From Waterburya sp. (GTDB lineage Bacteria > Cyanobacteriota > Cyanobacteriia > Cyanobacteriales > Xenococcaceae), in NCBI GenBank assembly GCA_965217895.1, contig CBDCJV010000002.1, forward strand, positions 1,376,001 through 1,440,000: a DNA stretch of 64,000 nucleotides. The letters run 5' to 3'. This document shows, one piece after another, positions 30,713 to 41,273 of this stretch; positions within the stretch are counted from its first letter, which is position 1, and each line of letters starts with the position of its first letter. The notes under the pieces are model-generated. The model saw nothing but the letters and a program-made list of their open reading frames with translations, ran no database searches and was not told where the DNA came from. A program made the translations under genes and the position numbers.

Positions 30713-33007
30713 ATGTCTTCAATCATAGCTCCCGAACAAGTCAATCAGATCGTCCACAACCTTCATCATAATCCTTTTGAAATATTAGGTCGCCATCCTA
30801 ATGAACAAAACGGCAAAGTAGAAAGTTGGGTAATTCGAGCTTATCTGCCTGATGCTAGTGCTGCTTGGGTAGTTTGCCCAGAAGAAAGAACAGAATATCC
30901 CATGAAGTCTATGCACCATCCTCACTTCTTTGTCTGTGTGGTGCAAAATCCAAACCTAGCTAATTATCAGCTACGCATAAAAGAAGGAGAAAACGAAAGA
31001 GTTATTTATGATCCTTATGCCTTTTCTTCCCCTAGAATTACCGACTTAGATATTCATTTGTTCGCTGAAGGCAATCATCATCGTATTTACGAAAAGTTAG
31101 GCGCACATCACACCCAGATTGATAATGTTGAAGGCGTGTATTTTGCCCTCTGGGCTCCCAATGCTCGTAATGCTTCTGTGCTGGGTGATTTTAATAGCTG
31201 GGACGGCAGAAAACACCAGATGCGCAAGGGAAGCAGTGGTATTTGGGAATTATTTGTCCCTGAACTGACTATCGGTGCGTCATATAAATATGAAGTAAAA
31301 AATTGGGAAGGACACATCTACGAAAAGTCTGACCCCTATGGCTTTCAACAAGAAGTTAGACCTAAAACCGCTTCTATTGTTGCCGATCTTGATAGCTACA
31401 GTTGGAATGACGCAGAGTGGATGGAGAAGCGTCGCCATAGTGTGCCTTTAGATCAGCCTATTTCTGTCTATGAGCTTCATCTTGGTTCTTGGATGCACGG
31501 TTCGGCAGATGAACCCACAAAGCTACTATCAGGTATATCTGAACCTGTAAGTGCCTCAGAATCTAAGCAAGGCGCTCGTTTTTTAAGCTACTACGAATTA
31601 GTTGATAAATTAATTCCCTATGTTAAAGAATTAGGCTATACCCATATAGAGGTTTTACCCATCGCCGAACACCCTTTTGACGGTTCTTGGGGATACCAGG
31701 TTACGGGTTACTATGCTCCTACCTCTCGCTATGGTGATCCCGAAGATTTGATGTATTTCATCGATCAGTGTCACAAAAATGACATTGGGGTAATTGTAGA
31801 CTGGGTTCCTGGTCATTTCCCCAAAGATGGTCATGGTCTGGCGTTTTTTGATGGTACTCATCTTTATGAACACGGAGATCCTCGCAAGGGAGAACATAAA
31901 GGCTGGGGAACGCTTGTTTTTAACTATGGTCGTAACGAAGTCCGCAACTTCCTTGTAGCTAATGCTTTATTTTGGTTCGACAAATATCATATCGACGGTA
32001 TTAGGGTAGACGCTGTAGCTTCCATGCTTTACCTCAATTACTGCCGTGAAGATGGCGAATGGGTTGCTAACGATTACGGCGGTTGTGAAAATATTGAAGC
32101 TGCTGACTTTTTACGTCAGGTCAACAGCTTATTGTTTAGTTATTTCCCTGGAGTACTCTCCATTGCTGAAGAATCCACCTCTTGGCCGATGGTATCTTGG
32201 CCTACCTATACTGGTGGTTTAGGCTTCAACATGAAGTGGAACATGGGTTGGATGCACGATATGTTGGATTATTTCCACATGGATCCTTGGTTTCGCCAGT
32301 TTCACCAAAACAATCTGACCTTTAGTATGTGGTATCACCACACTGAAAACTATATGCTGGCACTGTCTCACGATGAGATTGTCCACGGCAAAAGTAATAT
32401 TATTGGCAAAATGCCAGGGGATGAATGGCAAAAGTTTGCTAACGTCCGTTGTCTATTTGGCTATATGTTTGCTCACCCAGGTAAGAAGACCATGTTCATG
32501 AGCATGGAGTTTGGTCAATGGACTGAATGGCATGACTGGGTAGATCTAGACTGGGATTTACTACAGTACAGTTCTCATAAAGCCTTAAAACAATTCTTAA
32601 GTGACCTCAATAGAATCTACAAGAGCGAACCCGCTTTATATAGTCTTGACTTTGAAGAAGAAGGTTTTAAATGGATCGACTGTAGCGATAATCGTCATAG
32701 CGTCGTAGCATTTGTTCGTCGTGGCAAAGACAATAACGAGTTTGTAATTGCGGTGTGCAACTTTACTCCTCAACCCCATAGCCACTATCGTATTGGCGTT
32801 CCTGAAAAAGGTTTTTATACCGAAATGTTGAACAGCGATGCTGGTAAGTATGGCGGTAGCAACATGGGTAACTATGGCGGTAAGTGGACTGATGACTGGT
32901 CTTGTCATAACTATCCCTATTCTTTAGATGTTTGCTTGCCTCCTTTGGGTGTTTTGCTCTTTAAGCTAGATCGCCAGAAGACCCAAGCAGCTTTAAAAGG
33001 TAATTAA
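30713..33007 (+). CDS. glgB: 1,4-alpha-glucan branching enzyme
   Basis: GH13 motifs SWGYQ, GIRVDAVASM, IAEES and LSHDE. Confidence 0.97.
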   Translation: MSSIIAPEQVNQIVHNLHHNPFEILGRHPNEQNGKVESWVIRAYLPDASAAWVVCPEERTEYPMKSMHHPHFFVCVVQNPNLANYQLRIKEGENERVIYDPYAFSSPRITDLDIHLFAEGNHHRIYEKLGAHHTQIDNVEGVYFALWAPNARNASVLGDFNSWDGRKHQMRKGSSGIWELFVPELTIGASYKYEVKNWEGHIYEKSDPYGFQQEVRPKTASIVADLDSYSWNDAEWMEKRRHSVPLDQPISVYELHLGSWMHGSADEPTKLLSGISEPVSASESKQGARFLSYYELVDKLIPYVKELGYTHIEVLPIAEHPFDGSWGYQVTGYYAPTSRYGDPEDLMYFIDQCHKNDIGVIVDWVPGHFPKDGHGLAFFDGTHLYEHGDPRKGEHKGWGTLVFNYGRNEVRNFLVANALFWFDKYHIDGIRVDAVASMLYLNYCREDGEWVANDYGGCENIEAADFLRQVNSLLFSYFPGVLSIAEESTSWPMVSWPTYTGGLGFNMKWNMGWMHDMLDYFHMDPWFRQFHQNNLTFSMWYHHTENYMLALSHDEIVHGKSNIIGKMPGDEWQKFANVRCLFGYMFAHPGKKTMFMSMEFGQWTEWHDWVDLDWDLLQYSSHKALKQFLSDLNRIYKSEPALYSLDFEEEGFKWIDCSDNRHSVVAFVRRGKDNNEFVIAVCNFTPQPHSHYRIGVPEKGFYTEMLNSDAGKYGGSNMGNYGGKWTDDWSCHNYPYSLDVCLPPLGVLLFKLDRQKTQAALKGN

Positions 33008-33044
33008 GAGGTTGTTGGTTTGCTCCCCTCGCCCCCAGAATTGG

Positions 33045-33310
33045 TAAAGCTGCTTCATTCTTAATCACAGTCAGGTAAATTAAAGTAAAAGCTTAATTTA
33101 AGGTTTAATGACTATTTAAAACAAATCCCTGATGAGCGAACGGCAAGTGGTAGAAGGCATTCTCTGTGGCTAATTCTACTAATATGGGCATCGCAGTATA
33201 CTGATAATAGTAATGGTCAATGAATTGCAATCGATGGTAAAAGCTTAAAAAATACGGTAAATGACTGTTATGGAAAAGAGCAAAATTTTGTCATGATGGT
33301 TTCGGCAATA
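33045..33310 (+). mobile_element. ISAs1-family transposase remnant
   Basis: Frame from 33110 reads DYLKQIPDERTASGRRHSLWLILLI-WASQYTDNSNGQ*IAIDGKSLKNT...QNFVMMVSA, with an in-frame stop and an apparent internal deletion. Confidence 0.75.
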
Positions 33311-33477
33311 GGGAGAGTTTGAATTTTGTTGCTATTTTCATTTTCTCCCTACTTGCTCTCCATTCTCTCTCTGTTTTCTAGTCTCACCTTTTTGTTAGTC
33401 TAAACTACAGTGAAAATCGGGAAAGCGATAAATCACCATGAAATCTCCTAAGTCGGCTTTAGATTATCCTTGAGAGC

Positions 33478-33510
33478 TAAATCCGATTATCAAAATAAAT
33501 CGGATTTAGT
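33478..33510. repeat. Mini inverted repeat CTAAATCCGATT...AATCGGATTTAG
   Basis: Half-sites recur at about 21887-21899 and 43853-43865. Confidence 0.6.
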
Positions 33511-33706
33511 ATAAAAGCATAGTCCAAGATATCAAGTCAGGTAGAAGATGGAGTTATCTAAATTCTCATCTCGGCAAAAAAGATACAGTTGCTTGAAGAG
33601 GCTGTAGAGTAGGAGTGTTCGGGTTATATTTGGGTTACCATTAGCTTGTAAACGCTACAGCCAAGTTAACTTAGATCTCTAAATCACTGTAGTATCTAAA
33701 AGAATA

Positions 33707-33778
33707 TGGGCGATACTGGATTTGAACCAGTGGCGTCCTGCTTGTAAGGCAGGCGCTCTACCGCTGAGCTAATCGCCC
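33707..33778 (-). tRNA. tRNA-Val(TAC)
   Basis: Reverse complement GGGCGATTAGCTCAGCGGTAGAGCGCCTGCCTTACAAGCAGG...GGTTCAAATCCAGTATCGCCCA. Confidence 0.97.
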
Positions 33779-34096
33779 TAGAACTTTTGATTTTGCACTT
33801 CGTTCGTTAGTATAGCAAGATTAAGGTTTTTTGTGCAAATAGAATGAACAGGCTTAATCTGTAACTCGTTTTTTTCAATCTGAAGCCATTCAATTTAACG
33901 AAGCCGCCGTTGCCGTTTTGGGTTTAGTCATAAATTAAGCAAGTGCTTTGCGCCATCTGCCTTACAACTTCTGCCTTCCAAGGAGCAAGCCTTGGTAATC
34001 TGTGGTGCAGATAGTTGGGTTGAGTATGCGTTTGCCCTGGCAAAATAATAGAATACAGATAACTTTTACTTAGCGTGTAGGCAGCAAGGCAAAACA

Positions 34097-34609
34097 ATGG
34101 ACGCTTTAAAATTACAAAATACTTTAAACCTCAATGACTCAAATTTGCCTTATCCAGACCCCATGCATCCAATTGTGGTTCACTTTGTAATAGCTATGGT
34201 ATTTATGGCTTTTTTCTGCGATGTCATTGGCTATTTTTTTGATCGACGACATTTGCACGAAGTAAGTTTCTGGAATCTGTTTGTTGCTACGGGGGCTATT
34301 TTCGTAGCAATTTTATTTGGTCAGTTTGAAGCAGGTTTGGCAACTCCCTATCCAGCAGCCCAGTCCGTATTAAATGTACACACATTAATTGGTTGGTCGC
34401 TGGCGGGAATTTTAGCTCTTATTACTGGTTGGCGATTCGTTATTCGCTATCGTAATCCTCTGAAAATTCCTTCTTATTATCTCGGTGCTGCTACATTTTT
34501 AATTATTATAGTAAGTCTCCAAGTATTTTTGGGAACTCAGCTAGTTTGGGAATATGGGCTTCACGTTAAGCCTGTCGTCGAAGCTATGAATCAAGGCATT
34601 TTGAAATGA
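34097..34609 (+). CDS. DUF2231-like membrane protein
   Basis: HPIVVHF motif, four TM segments, further His in VHTL and GLHV. Confidence 0.8.
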   Translation: MDALKLQNTLNLNDSNLPYPDPMHPIVVHFVIAMVFMAFFCDVIGYFFDRRHLHEVSFWNLFVATGAIFVAILFGQFEAGLATPYPAAQSVLNVHTLIGWSLAGILALITGWRFVIRYRNPLKIPSYYLGAATFLIIIVSLQVFLGTQLVWEYGLHVKPVVEAMNQGILK

Positions 34610-34612
34610 ATA

Positions 34613-35224
34613 ATGAATTCAGAACTTATCAACCAATTACAACAGTTAAGAATTGAACTAGGAGCCAACGGGCTACCCTACAAACTGCCCATACACCCAG
34701 TTTTGGTTCATTTTACTCTGGGTCTATTTATTATCGGCATTATTTTCGATCTGGCGGCAACTTTTTTTGCTTGGGAGAAACCGATTCTCAAATTTTTAGA
34801 TTTACCTGCCTTTCGTTCTGGCTTTTATACCGTGGGCTTTTATAACGTCACCGTAGCAGCCGCAATTAGTTTTTTCACCGTTACCGCAGGTTTTCTGGAA
34901 ATTATGCTGGCGCAACCGCCTCTTGATGCCAAAAGTGCTTGGGGATTAGGGGCAGGTACGACAATGATTCTACACGGTCTGGGAGGAGTTTTGCTGCTGT
35001 TTACCTTCGCAGCGATGGCGGTATGGCGAGGATTACAGCGTTATCGCTGGCGCAAAGATAAGTCAAGAGAAGTCGTCTGGTCTTATCTATTAATTGGCGT
35101 TGTTCTTTTGGGCGTTTTGTATGTTCACGGAACTTTAGGAGCGCATTTAGGCGGTGATTTTGGAATCCATAATACTGCTGGTAATTTATTAAAGGAAGGG
35201 TTAAATCCCAATGATTTACTATAA
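34613..35224 (+). CDS. DUF2231-like membrane protein
   Basis: HPVLVHF, LHG and HGTLGAHLG...GIH. Confidence 0.8.
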   Translation: MNSELINQLQQLRIELGANGLPYKLPIHPVLVHFTLGLFIIGIIFDLAATFFAWEKPILKFLDLPAFRSGFYTVGFYNVTVAAAISFFTVTAGFLEIMLAQPPLDAKSAWGLGAGTTMILHGLGGVLLLFTFAAMAVWRGLQRYRWRKDKSREVVWSYLLIGVVLLGVLYVHGTLGAHLGGDFGIHNTAGNLLKEGLNPNDLL

Positions 35225-35282
35225 GAAGAGATTTAAATAAATATTTTCTAGCGTTAGATCTAATGAGCAAAATTAGAAGATT

Positions 35283-36212
35283 ATGACCAGAACTTTTGAA
35301 TATATTTTGATGGCAGTAGGAATGGTAATAATCATTGTGCTTAGCTACTGGCTAGGACAAGTATCTTACTCCTGGATGCCCGTTGAAGCCTCTACAGATG
35401 CCAAACACATTGACGATTTATTTAGCTTTCTTGTGACCATGGCATCGGTGATTTTTTTGGGAGTCATTGGCACGATAGTAAATTCGCTGATTTTTTATCG
35501 AGCTGAATCTGGTGACTACACCGAAGGACACGCCTACAGACACAACTGGAAACTAGAAGTTGTCTGGTTCGTAGTCCCCGCAGCCCTAGTAAGCTGGATT
35601 GTGATTTACAGCTTTAATATTTATGCTCGTATGGAAATAGCTGGTCCTACAGAGCTATTAGCAACTTCAAAACCAGAGTCAGAAGTAATCGAGCAACAGA
35701 AGAATAACGGGGAAGCGACAACCATCGGCGTGGTAGCCAAACAATGGGCTTGGGATTTCCACTATCCCAATAAAAACGTATCTCACGAACTGCATCTGCC
35801 AATTAACCAACGGGTTCGTTTGATTTTACAGTCAGAAGATGTGCTACACGGTTTTTATGTACCTGAATTTCGGATCAAGCAGGATATTATCCCTAGTCGA
35901 GAGATTCCCTTTCAATTTGTTCCCAGCCGTGTCGGTAAATATAAGCTGCATGATTCTCAGTTAAGCGGAACTTATTTCGCTATAAATGAAGCAAATGTGT
36001 ATGTGGATACGGTTGAAGATTACCAAAAGTGGCTGGCTCATGGGTCGAGCGATCGTTTAACCTCCTCTGAGTCGAACTCTGATTTTAATTTAGCAGCGAC
36101 CGAACACGCTCAACCACAAACAAGAGCTTTCAATAGTCATTATCCCACCGTTATTCCCGCTCAAAGTAGCCAGATTGCTTTGGAGAATAATTCTGCTGAA
36201 ATAACTAATTAA
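35283..36212 (+). CDS. ctaC: Heme-copper oxidase subunit II, ARTO type (no CuA ligands)
   Basis: AKQWAW and DVLHGF present; the CuA motif is replaced by DSQLSGTYF. Confidence 0.9.
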   Translation: MTRTFEYILMAVGMVIIIVLSYWLGQVSYSWMPVEASTDAKHIDDLFSFLVTMASVIFLGVIGTIVNSLIFYRAESGDYTEGHAYRHNWKLEVVWFVVPAALVSWIVIYSFNIYARMEIAGPTELLATSKPESEVIEQQKNNGEATTIGVVAKQWAWDFHYPNKNVSHELHLPINQRVRLILQSEDVLHGFYVPEFRIKQDIIPSREIPFQFVPSRVGKYKLHDSQLSGTYFAINEANVYVDTVEDYQKWLAHGSSDRLTSSESNSDFNLAATEHAQPQTRAFNSHYPTVIPAQSSQIALENNSAEITN

Positions 36213-36272
36213 GTAATAACTAATATCTAAAAGCTAATTTACGCTCGACAAAACCAATTTACCTCAAACCTT

Positions 36273-37940
36273 ATGACCAACAATCCTGCTCATGGCGTTA
36301 TCGTTCCCGAATCTGAGGGTACTTTAAGCGAATCAGAAAAAAACTGGAAACGTTACTTTAGCTTTAGCACCGACCATAAAGTTATTGGCGTTCAATATTT
36401 AGTGACTTCCTTTATTTTCTTTCTGCTCGCTGGCTTAATGTCAATGATCGTACGAGCAGAACTAATTACCCCCGCATCGGATCTAGTTGATCGCCCTTTG
36501 TATAATTCCTTATTTACTATGCACGGTACGGTAATGATTTTCTTGTGGATTATACCGTCGCTCACAGGTATATCCAATTATGTCATACCGTTGATGATTG
36601 GAGCTAAAGATATAGCGTTCCCTAAGTTAAATGCGATCGCTTTTTGGATAGTTCCACCTGCGGGGATACTTTTAATGTCAAGTTTTTTCCTACCAAGCGG
36701 TGCAGCACAGGCTGGCTGGTGGTCTTATCCTCCTTTAAGTATTCAAAATCCTTCAGGTAACTTACTCAATGGCGAACTGTTTTGGGTTCTGAGTATTTTT
36801 CTGTTGGGTGTTTCCTCAATTATGGCAGCAGTCAACTTTGTGGCAACAATTGTCTGGCTGCGTGCAGCGGGGATGTCTTATTTTCGGATGCCAATCTTTG
36901 TCTGGACGGTTTTAGCTGCCCAGTTGATGCAGTTGATTTATCTGCCTTCTCTGACGGGGGTAGCAATTATGTTGCTGGGGGATCTCACTCTTGGCACTAA
37001 CTTTTTTGTGCCAGATGTCCAGGGCGATCCCGTTCTTTACCAGCAGCTATTTTGGTTTTACTCTCACCCTACTGTTTATGTATGGGCATTGCCAGCATTT
37101 GGTCTTTTTTCGGAGATAATTCCCGCTTTTAGTCGCAACCCTCTATTTGGTTATCGCTCGGTGGCGATCGCTACGATTTGTTTTGTCCCCATGAGTGGTT
37201 TAGTCTGGGCGCATCATCTGTTTGCCAGCGGGACACCCGAATGGCTCAGAGTAGCCATGATGATTACTTCAGAGCTTCTGGCTATCCCTACAGGAATCAA
37301 AGTTTTTGCCTGGACGGCAACTATCTGGAAAGGTAAGCTTCACTTAGAAACGCCCATGCTATTTGCGATCGGCGGTGTGGTCATGTTTTTGTTTGCTGGT
37401 ATTACTGGAGTAATGCTGGGGGCGATGCCTTTTGACCTGCACGTAAACAACACCTATTTTGTTGTGGGACACTTTCACTACATCGTCTATAACACTATTA
37501 CTATGATACTGTTTGGCGCAATTTACTATTGGTTTCCCAAAATTTCTGGACGGATGTATTCTGAAGGTTGGGGTAAAGTCCATTTCTGGCTGACTTTCAT
37601 CGGTGCTAATCTCACTTTCTTTCCGATGCACCCGTTGGGCTTACAGGGTATGCTGCGTCGCATCTCTTCCTACGATCCACAATACGCAAGTTGGAATATC
37701 CTGGCTAGCTTGGGAGCATTTTTACTAGGAGTTTCCATACTGCCTTTTATTGCTAATATCGTCAGTTCTTGGCTACAGGGGGCAAAAGCAACTAAAAATC
37801 CTTGGTTAGCTACAGGACTGGAATGGACGGTTTCTTCTCCCCCTCCAGAAGAAAACTTTGATGAGATTCCTGTGGTAGACGAGCAGCCTTATGATTATGG
37901 TAAAGCCAAATATTCCGACCCTCGATTGGCTAATGAGTAA
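36273..37940 (+). CDS. ctaD: Heme-copper oxidase subunit I (A2-type YSHP)
   Basis: MHG, FWFYSHPTVY, WAHH and GHFHY; D- and K-channel residues present. Confidence 0.95.
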   Translation: MTNNPAHGVIVPESEGTLSESEKNWKRYFSFSTDHKVIGVQYLVTSFIFFLLAGLMSMIVRAELITPASDLVDRPLYNSLFTMHGTVMIFLWIIPSLTGISNYVIPLMIGAKDIAFPKLNAIAFWIVPPAGILLMSSFFLPSGAAQAGWWSYPPLSIQNPSGNLLNGELFWVLSIFLLGVSSIMAAVNFVATIVWLRAAGMSYFRMPIFVWTVLAAQLMQLIYLPSLTGVAIMLLGDLTLGTNFFVPDVQGDPVLYQQLFWFYSHPTVYVWALPAFGLFSEIIPAFSRNPLFGYRSVAIATICFVPMSGLVWAHHLFASGTPEWLRVAMMITSELLAIPTGIKVFAWTATIWKGKLHLETPMLFAIGGVVMFLFAGITGVMLGAMPFDLHVNNTYFVVGHFHYIVYNTITMILFGAIYYWFPKISGRMYSEGWGKVHFWLTFIGANLTFFPMHPLGLQGMLRRISSYDPQYASWNILASLGAFLLGVSILPFIANIVSSWLQGAKATKNPWLATGLEWTVSSPPPEENFDEIPVVDEQPYDYGKAKYSDPRLANE

Positions 37941-38155
37941 AAAGTAACGAGTAACGGCAATTAAGCTGCTACTCGTTTGATTCAATCTGAACTTATATCA
38001 GAAAAAAAGTTTAGCTCAATGATTGATGGAATAAATAGAATAATTCGGATACTAATTAGTACTATTAAAAAGCTTAAAGATAAATAATCATTACTCGTTA
38101 TTTCAAAATGCAAAAATTAACTTTCACCACCGTAAATTTTGCGCACCTGTAAACT

Positions 38156-38824
38156 ATGACAAATTCTACCCCTAATCCTCAAAGAATCCCCGATGAGAAT
38201 CCATTTCCTGATAAATTGCGAGAAATTTTACCTCGGTGGCTACAGCAATTTTTGCCTGCTGGCGGGGGAGATGAGCATCGGCAAGAGGATAAAACTCTCT
38301 TTGGCTTCGTAACTTTCTTAATTTCCGAAAGCTTTATTTTTCTCGGCTTTATCGTTAGCTCTATTGGCTTGCGCTTAACCGTTGACCCATGGATACCAAC
38401 TGGAGTTTCTGGTCCCGAGATATCTACCATGACAATTATTTCAACTGTTGTACTGCTTTCTAGTAGTATTGTGGTTTATTTTGCCGAACGCGCTCTTAAA
38501 AAAGCTAAAATATGGCAGTTTCGCTTACTGTGGCTGCTTACGGCAGTAATGGGAGCTTTCTTTCTTTATGCAGAGATTTCTGAATGGCTCGGTAATGATT
38601 TTGGTCCAGCAACGGGAATAATGGGATCGGCATACTATTTATTGACGGGTTTTCATGGACTGCACGTAACTGCTGGAATTATCTTACTAACCATCATGCT
38701 TCTGCGTTCTTTTATTCCTAATATTTATCGAGATGGTAACTATGGGGTAACGGCAATTTCTTGGTTCTGGCACTTTGTTGATGTACTTTGGATTTTCTTG
38801 TTTTCTCTAATTTATCTTTGGTAA
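38156..38824 (+). CDS. ctaE: Heme-copper oxidase subunit III
   Basis: FLISE, TGFHGLHV and WHFVDVLW. Confidence 0.93.
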   Translation: MTNSTPNPQRIPDENPFPDKLREILPRWLQQFLPAGGGDEHRQEDKTLFGFVTFLISESFIFLGFIVSSIGLRLTVDPWIPTGVSGPEISTMTIISTVVLLSSSIVVYFAERALKKAKIWQFRLLWLLTAVMGAFFLYAEISEWLGNDFGPATGIMGSAYYLLTGFHGLHVTAGIILLTIMLLRSFIPNIYRDGNYGVTAISWFWHFVDVLWIFLFSLIYLW

Positions 38825-39038
38825 CAAATATAAAGAGTAGTTCGTGTGAGCTACTTTTATACTATTATATCTACCCCGCATAAGTAGCTGTGTAAAATTG
38901 ATTTTCTAGTTGAGATTGAGGAAAGGTAAAGGTGAGCAGCACTTAATTTATTCTCAAGATCTAAGTTGTAAGAAACTGCCAGCTACATTGAACGTAGATC
39001 TAAAAATAGATACAATAGCGATCGCAACTGTTAATTAA

Positions 39039-39455
39039 TTATCGATCATCAATAGATTCTTTCTTAGCTGCGATCGCCAGTTGCACTTGAGGAATTTGTC
39101 GTAGCTGATCGATTACGTCTACTACCTGACCATGCTCTACGGTTTTATCAGCATTGATTATTACCGTAGCATTTGACTCTGTTTGAATCAGTTTCTCAAT
39201 CTCGGTTTTTAGCTGATTCAGTTGGGCGGGTTTACTATCTATGGTTAACTTGCCTTCCTTATCTAGACTTACGGTAATCTGTTTAGCCTTCTGGACTTCG
39301 GCAGTTTTAGCACCAGGCAGATTGACGGGTAAACCTTCAGAGCGAGTCAAATAGAGGCTAGAAACAATAAAAAATACCAAAATAGCGAAGATCACGTCGA
39401 TCATCGGCAGAATGTTGATTTTAGGTGGTAAATCTGGTTCTTCAGGTAAGCGCAT
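39039..39455 (-). CDS. exbD: Biopolymer transporter ExbD
   Basis: INILPMIDVIFAILVFFIV. Confidence 0.92.
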   Translation of the reverse strand: MRLPEEPDLPPKINILPMIDVIFAILVFFIVSSLYLTRSEGLPVNLPGAKTAEVQKAKQITVSLDKEGKLTIDSKPAQLNQLKTEIEKLIQTESNATVIINADKTVEHGQVVDVIDQLRQIPQVQLAIAAKKESIDDR

Positions 39456-39517
39456 TGTTTAGATTGTTGTTAATTTGACATAAGATTTAGAGTGTTAGAA
39501 CTTTTAGCTCTCAGGCT

Positions 39518-40162
39518 CTATTTTCGATAGGCTTTTTGCTGTTCATATTTATCTAGGTGAATTAATTCTAATTGTCCCCCAACTTCTTGGATCACAGAGA
39601 TTTGCTGTAGATATAGCCCGCGGAAAATACTGGCAAAAAATAGTGTAGCGATCGCCACAATTAATCCTGCTGCGGTAGAAATCAAAGCTGTACCAATACC
39701 TCCTGTAACTCCTGCTGCCTGAGATGATTCTATATCACCTAATTTTAAAGAAGATAAAGAAGTGATTAGACCTAAAACCGTACCCAGCAAGCCTAATAAC
39801 GGCGCAACACCAATTACTGTTTCCAAGGAATTATTAAATCGCTTTAGGATTGGTATTTCTGCTTGAGCAGCACTTTCTAAGGCTAGCTTAAATTTTTCTG
39901 GTGTTGATCGCTCTAATGATAGAGCGACAGAAAAAATGCGGGCAATGGGCAAATTAAGGTGACGCTTAAGCATGATGCTAGCTGCTTGAGAATCTTCTTG
40001 ATATTGGTTGAGCAGTTGTTTGATTACATTGCTTTGCCCACGGGATATCTTCAGCCAAAAAAGCGATCGCTCTAAAATTATTGCCACAGAGTAGATTGAT
40101 AGTCCCAATAAGGGAATCATAACTACTCCACCGCTTTTAAAAAGCTGTAATATATTTTCCAT
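39518..40162 (-). CDS. exbB: ExbB/TolQ proton-channel protein
   Basis: APLLGLLGTV and ALISTAAGL. Confidence 0.92.
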   Translation of the reverse strand: MENILQLFKSGGVVMIPLLGLSIYSVAIILERSLFWLKISRGQSNVIKQLLNQYQEDSQAASIMLKRHLNLPIARIFSVALSLERSTPEKFKLALESAAQAEIPILKRFNNSLETVIGVAPLLGLLGTVLGLITSLSSLKLGDIESSQAAGVTGGIGTALISTAAGLIVAIATLFFASIFRGLYLQQISVIQEVGGQLELIHLDKYEQQKAYRK

Positions 40163-40184
40163 AAATTAAATCCCGTTTTAAGTC

Positions 40185-41273
40185 TTAATAGATATAAATG
40201 TTAAAGCTAAATTGAACTTCTAACGCCTCTAAAGGAAACTCAGGAGGCAAAGGAGCAAAAGGGGCAGAATTTTGGACTGCATCTAAAGATTCTCGATCTA
40301 CTTTTTCTGAGCCTGAAGTTTGGGTTACCCTGAGTCCTGTAATTTGACCATTTTTTTCAATGTTAAAGCTTAGATAAGTAGTATATTCTTCCGCTCTCTG
40401 AGAGGGATTCCAATTGCTCTTTACTCGCCGTTTAACCTCGGCAAAATAATCACTCAAGTCGATATCCTTGAGAGCATTTAACTGAGAAGGATTGAGAACA
40501 TCTTTATAAGCTAAGGCTTCTGGGCTAAAAAACGCATCTCCTCCACCATTAGCAAGAGTTCTTTTATAATCTCCACCCAATAAACTAGAGGCACTATTAC
40601 TTGGAACTGCCTCTGAACCCGATTTGGGAACGGTTTGGGATGGTTCTTTGGATGGTAAACTGGTGGCGACAGAAGTTTCTGGTTCTGATTTGGCTTCAGG
40701 TTTTGGCTGTGAGCTTGCTTCAGGTGTAGATTGGGTGGCTGGTTTGGAAGTTGAGACAGCATCTGGCTTTGATAATAGTGGCTGATTATTCTTAGGTAAT
40801 TTAGTTAATTTGGGTTCTGGTTGTGCTTGTGGTTCTGGTTTGGGAGGTGTGACTGGTTTAGATTCGGGTTTAGGAGGTGATGCTATTTGGGGAGCAGGAG
40901 CAGGTTCTTTCAAGGGAGTTGATGCTGGAGTACGGGCTGTGTCATCACCAATTTCTCGATCGCTAGAAGTTTTCTTTGGCTCAACTTTTTTTTCGGCAAC
41001 GGAATTTTCTGCTGCTCTTTTTTGCGTTTCTGGTGGTGGTTCTTTGCTAGATTCTTCGGGAGGAACAACCACAAATTCAATGGGTTTACTGTCTTCAGGT
41101 TTATCTTTGGCGATAGGATGAAGGCGTTGATAAACACTAAAAATAATCAAGCCTAAACCATGAATTAGTACAGAAGCTAAAATAAACAACAAAAGTTGTT
41201 GACGACTCAAACCAGAATAACTTTTGACTGGAGTTTCCTGATTGTCTCGATTTGCTGGTTTCACCTCTACCAT
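40185..41273 (-). CDS. tonB: TonB/TolA-family energy transducer
   Basis: TM helix with SxxxH (SVLIH), Pro-rich linker and TonB C-terminal domain; upstream of exbBD. Confidence 0.8.
   Translation of the reverse strand: MVEVKPANRDNQETPVKSYSGLSRQQLLLFILASVLIHGLGLIIFSVYQRLHPIAKDKPEDSKPIEFVVVPPEESSKEPPPETQKRAAENSVAEKKVEPKKTSSDREIGDDTARTPASTPLKEPAPAPQIASPPKPESKPVTPPKPEPQAQPEPKLTKLPKNNQPLLSKPDAVSTSKPATQSTPEASSQPKPEAKSEPETSVATSLPSKEPSQTVPKSGSEAVPSNSASSLLGGDYKRTLANGGGDAFFSPEALAYKDVLNPSQLNALKDIDLSDYFAEVKRRVKSNWNPSQRAEEYTTYLSFNIEKNGQITGLRVTQTSGSEKVDRESLDAVQNSAPFAPLPPEFPLEALEVQFSFNIYIY

Noticed and set aside
33707..38824. Oxidase operon as a tRNA-integrated island
   Set aside because: It lies on the 5' side of the tRNA; I found no integrase or duplicated tRNA 3' end, and it contains HIP1 sites like native DNA.
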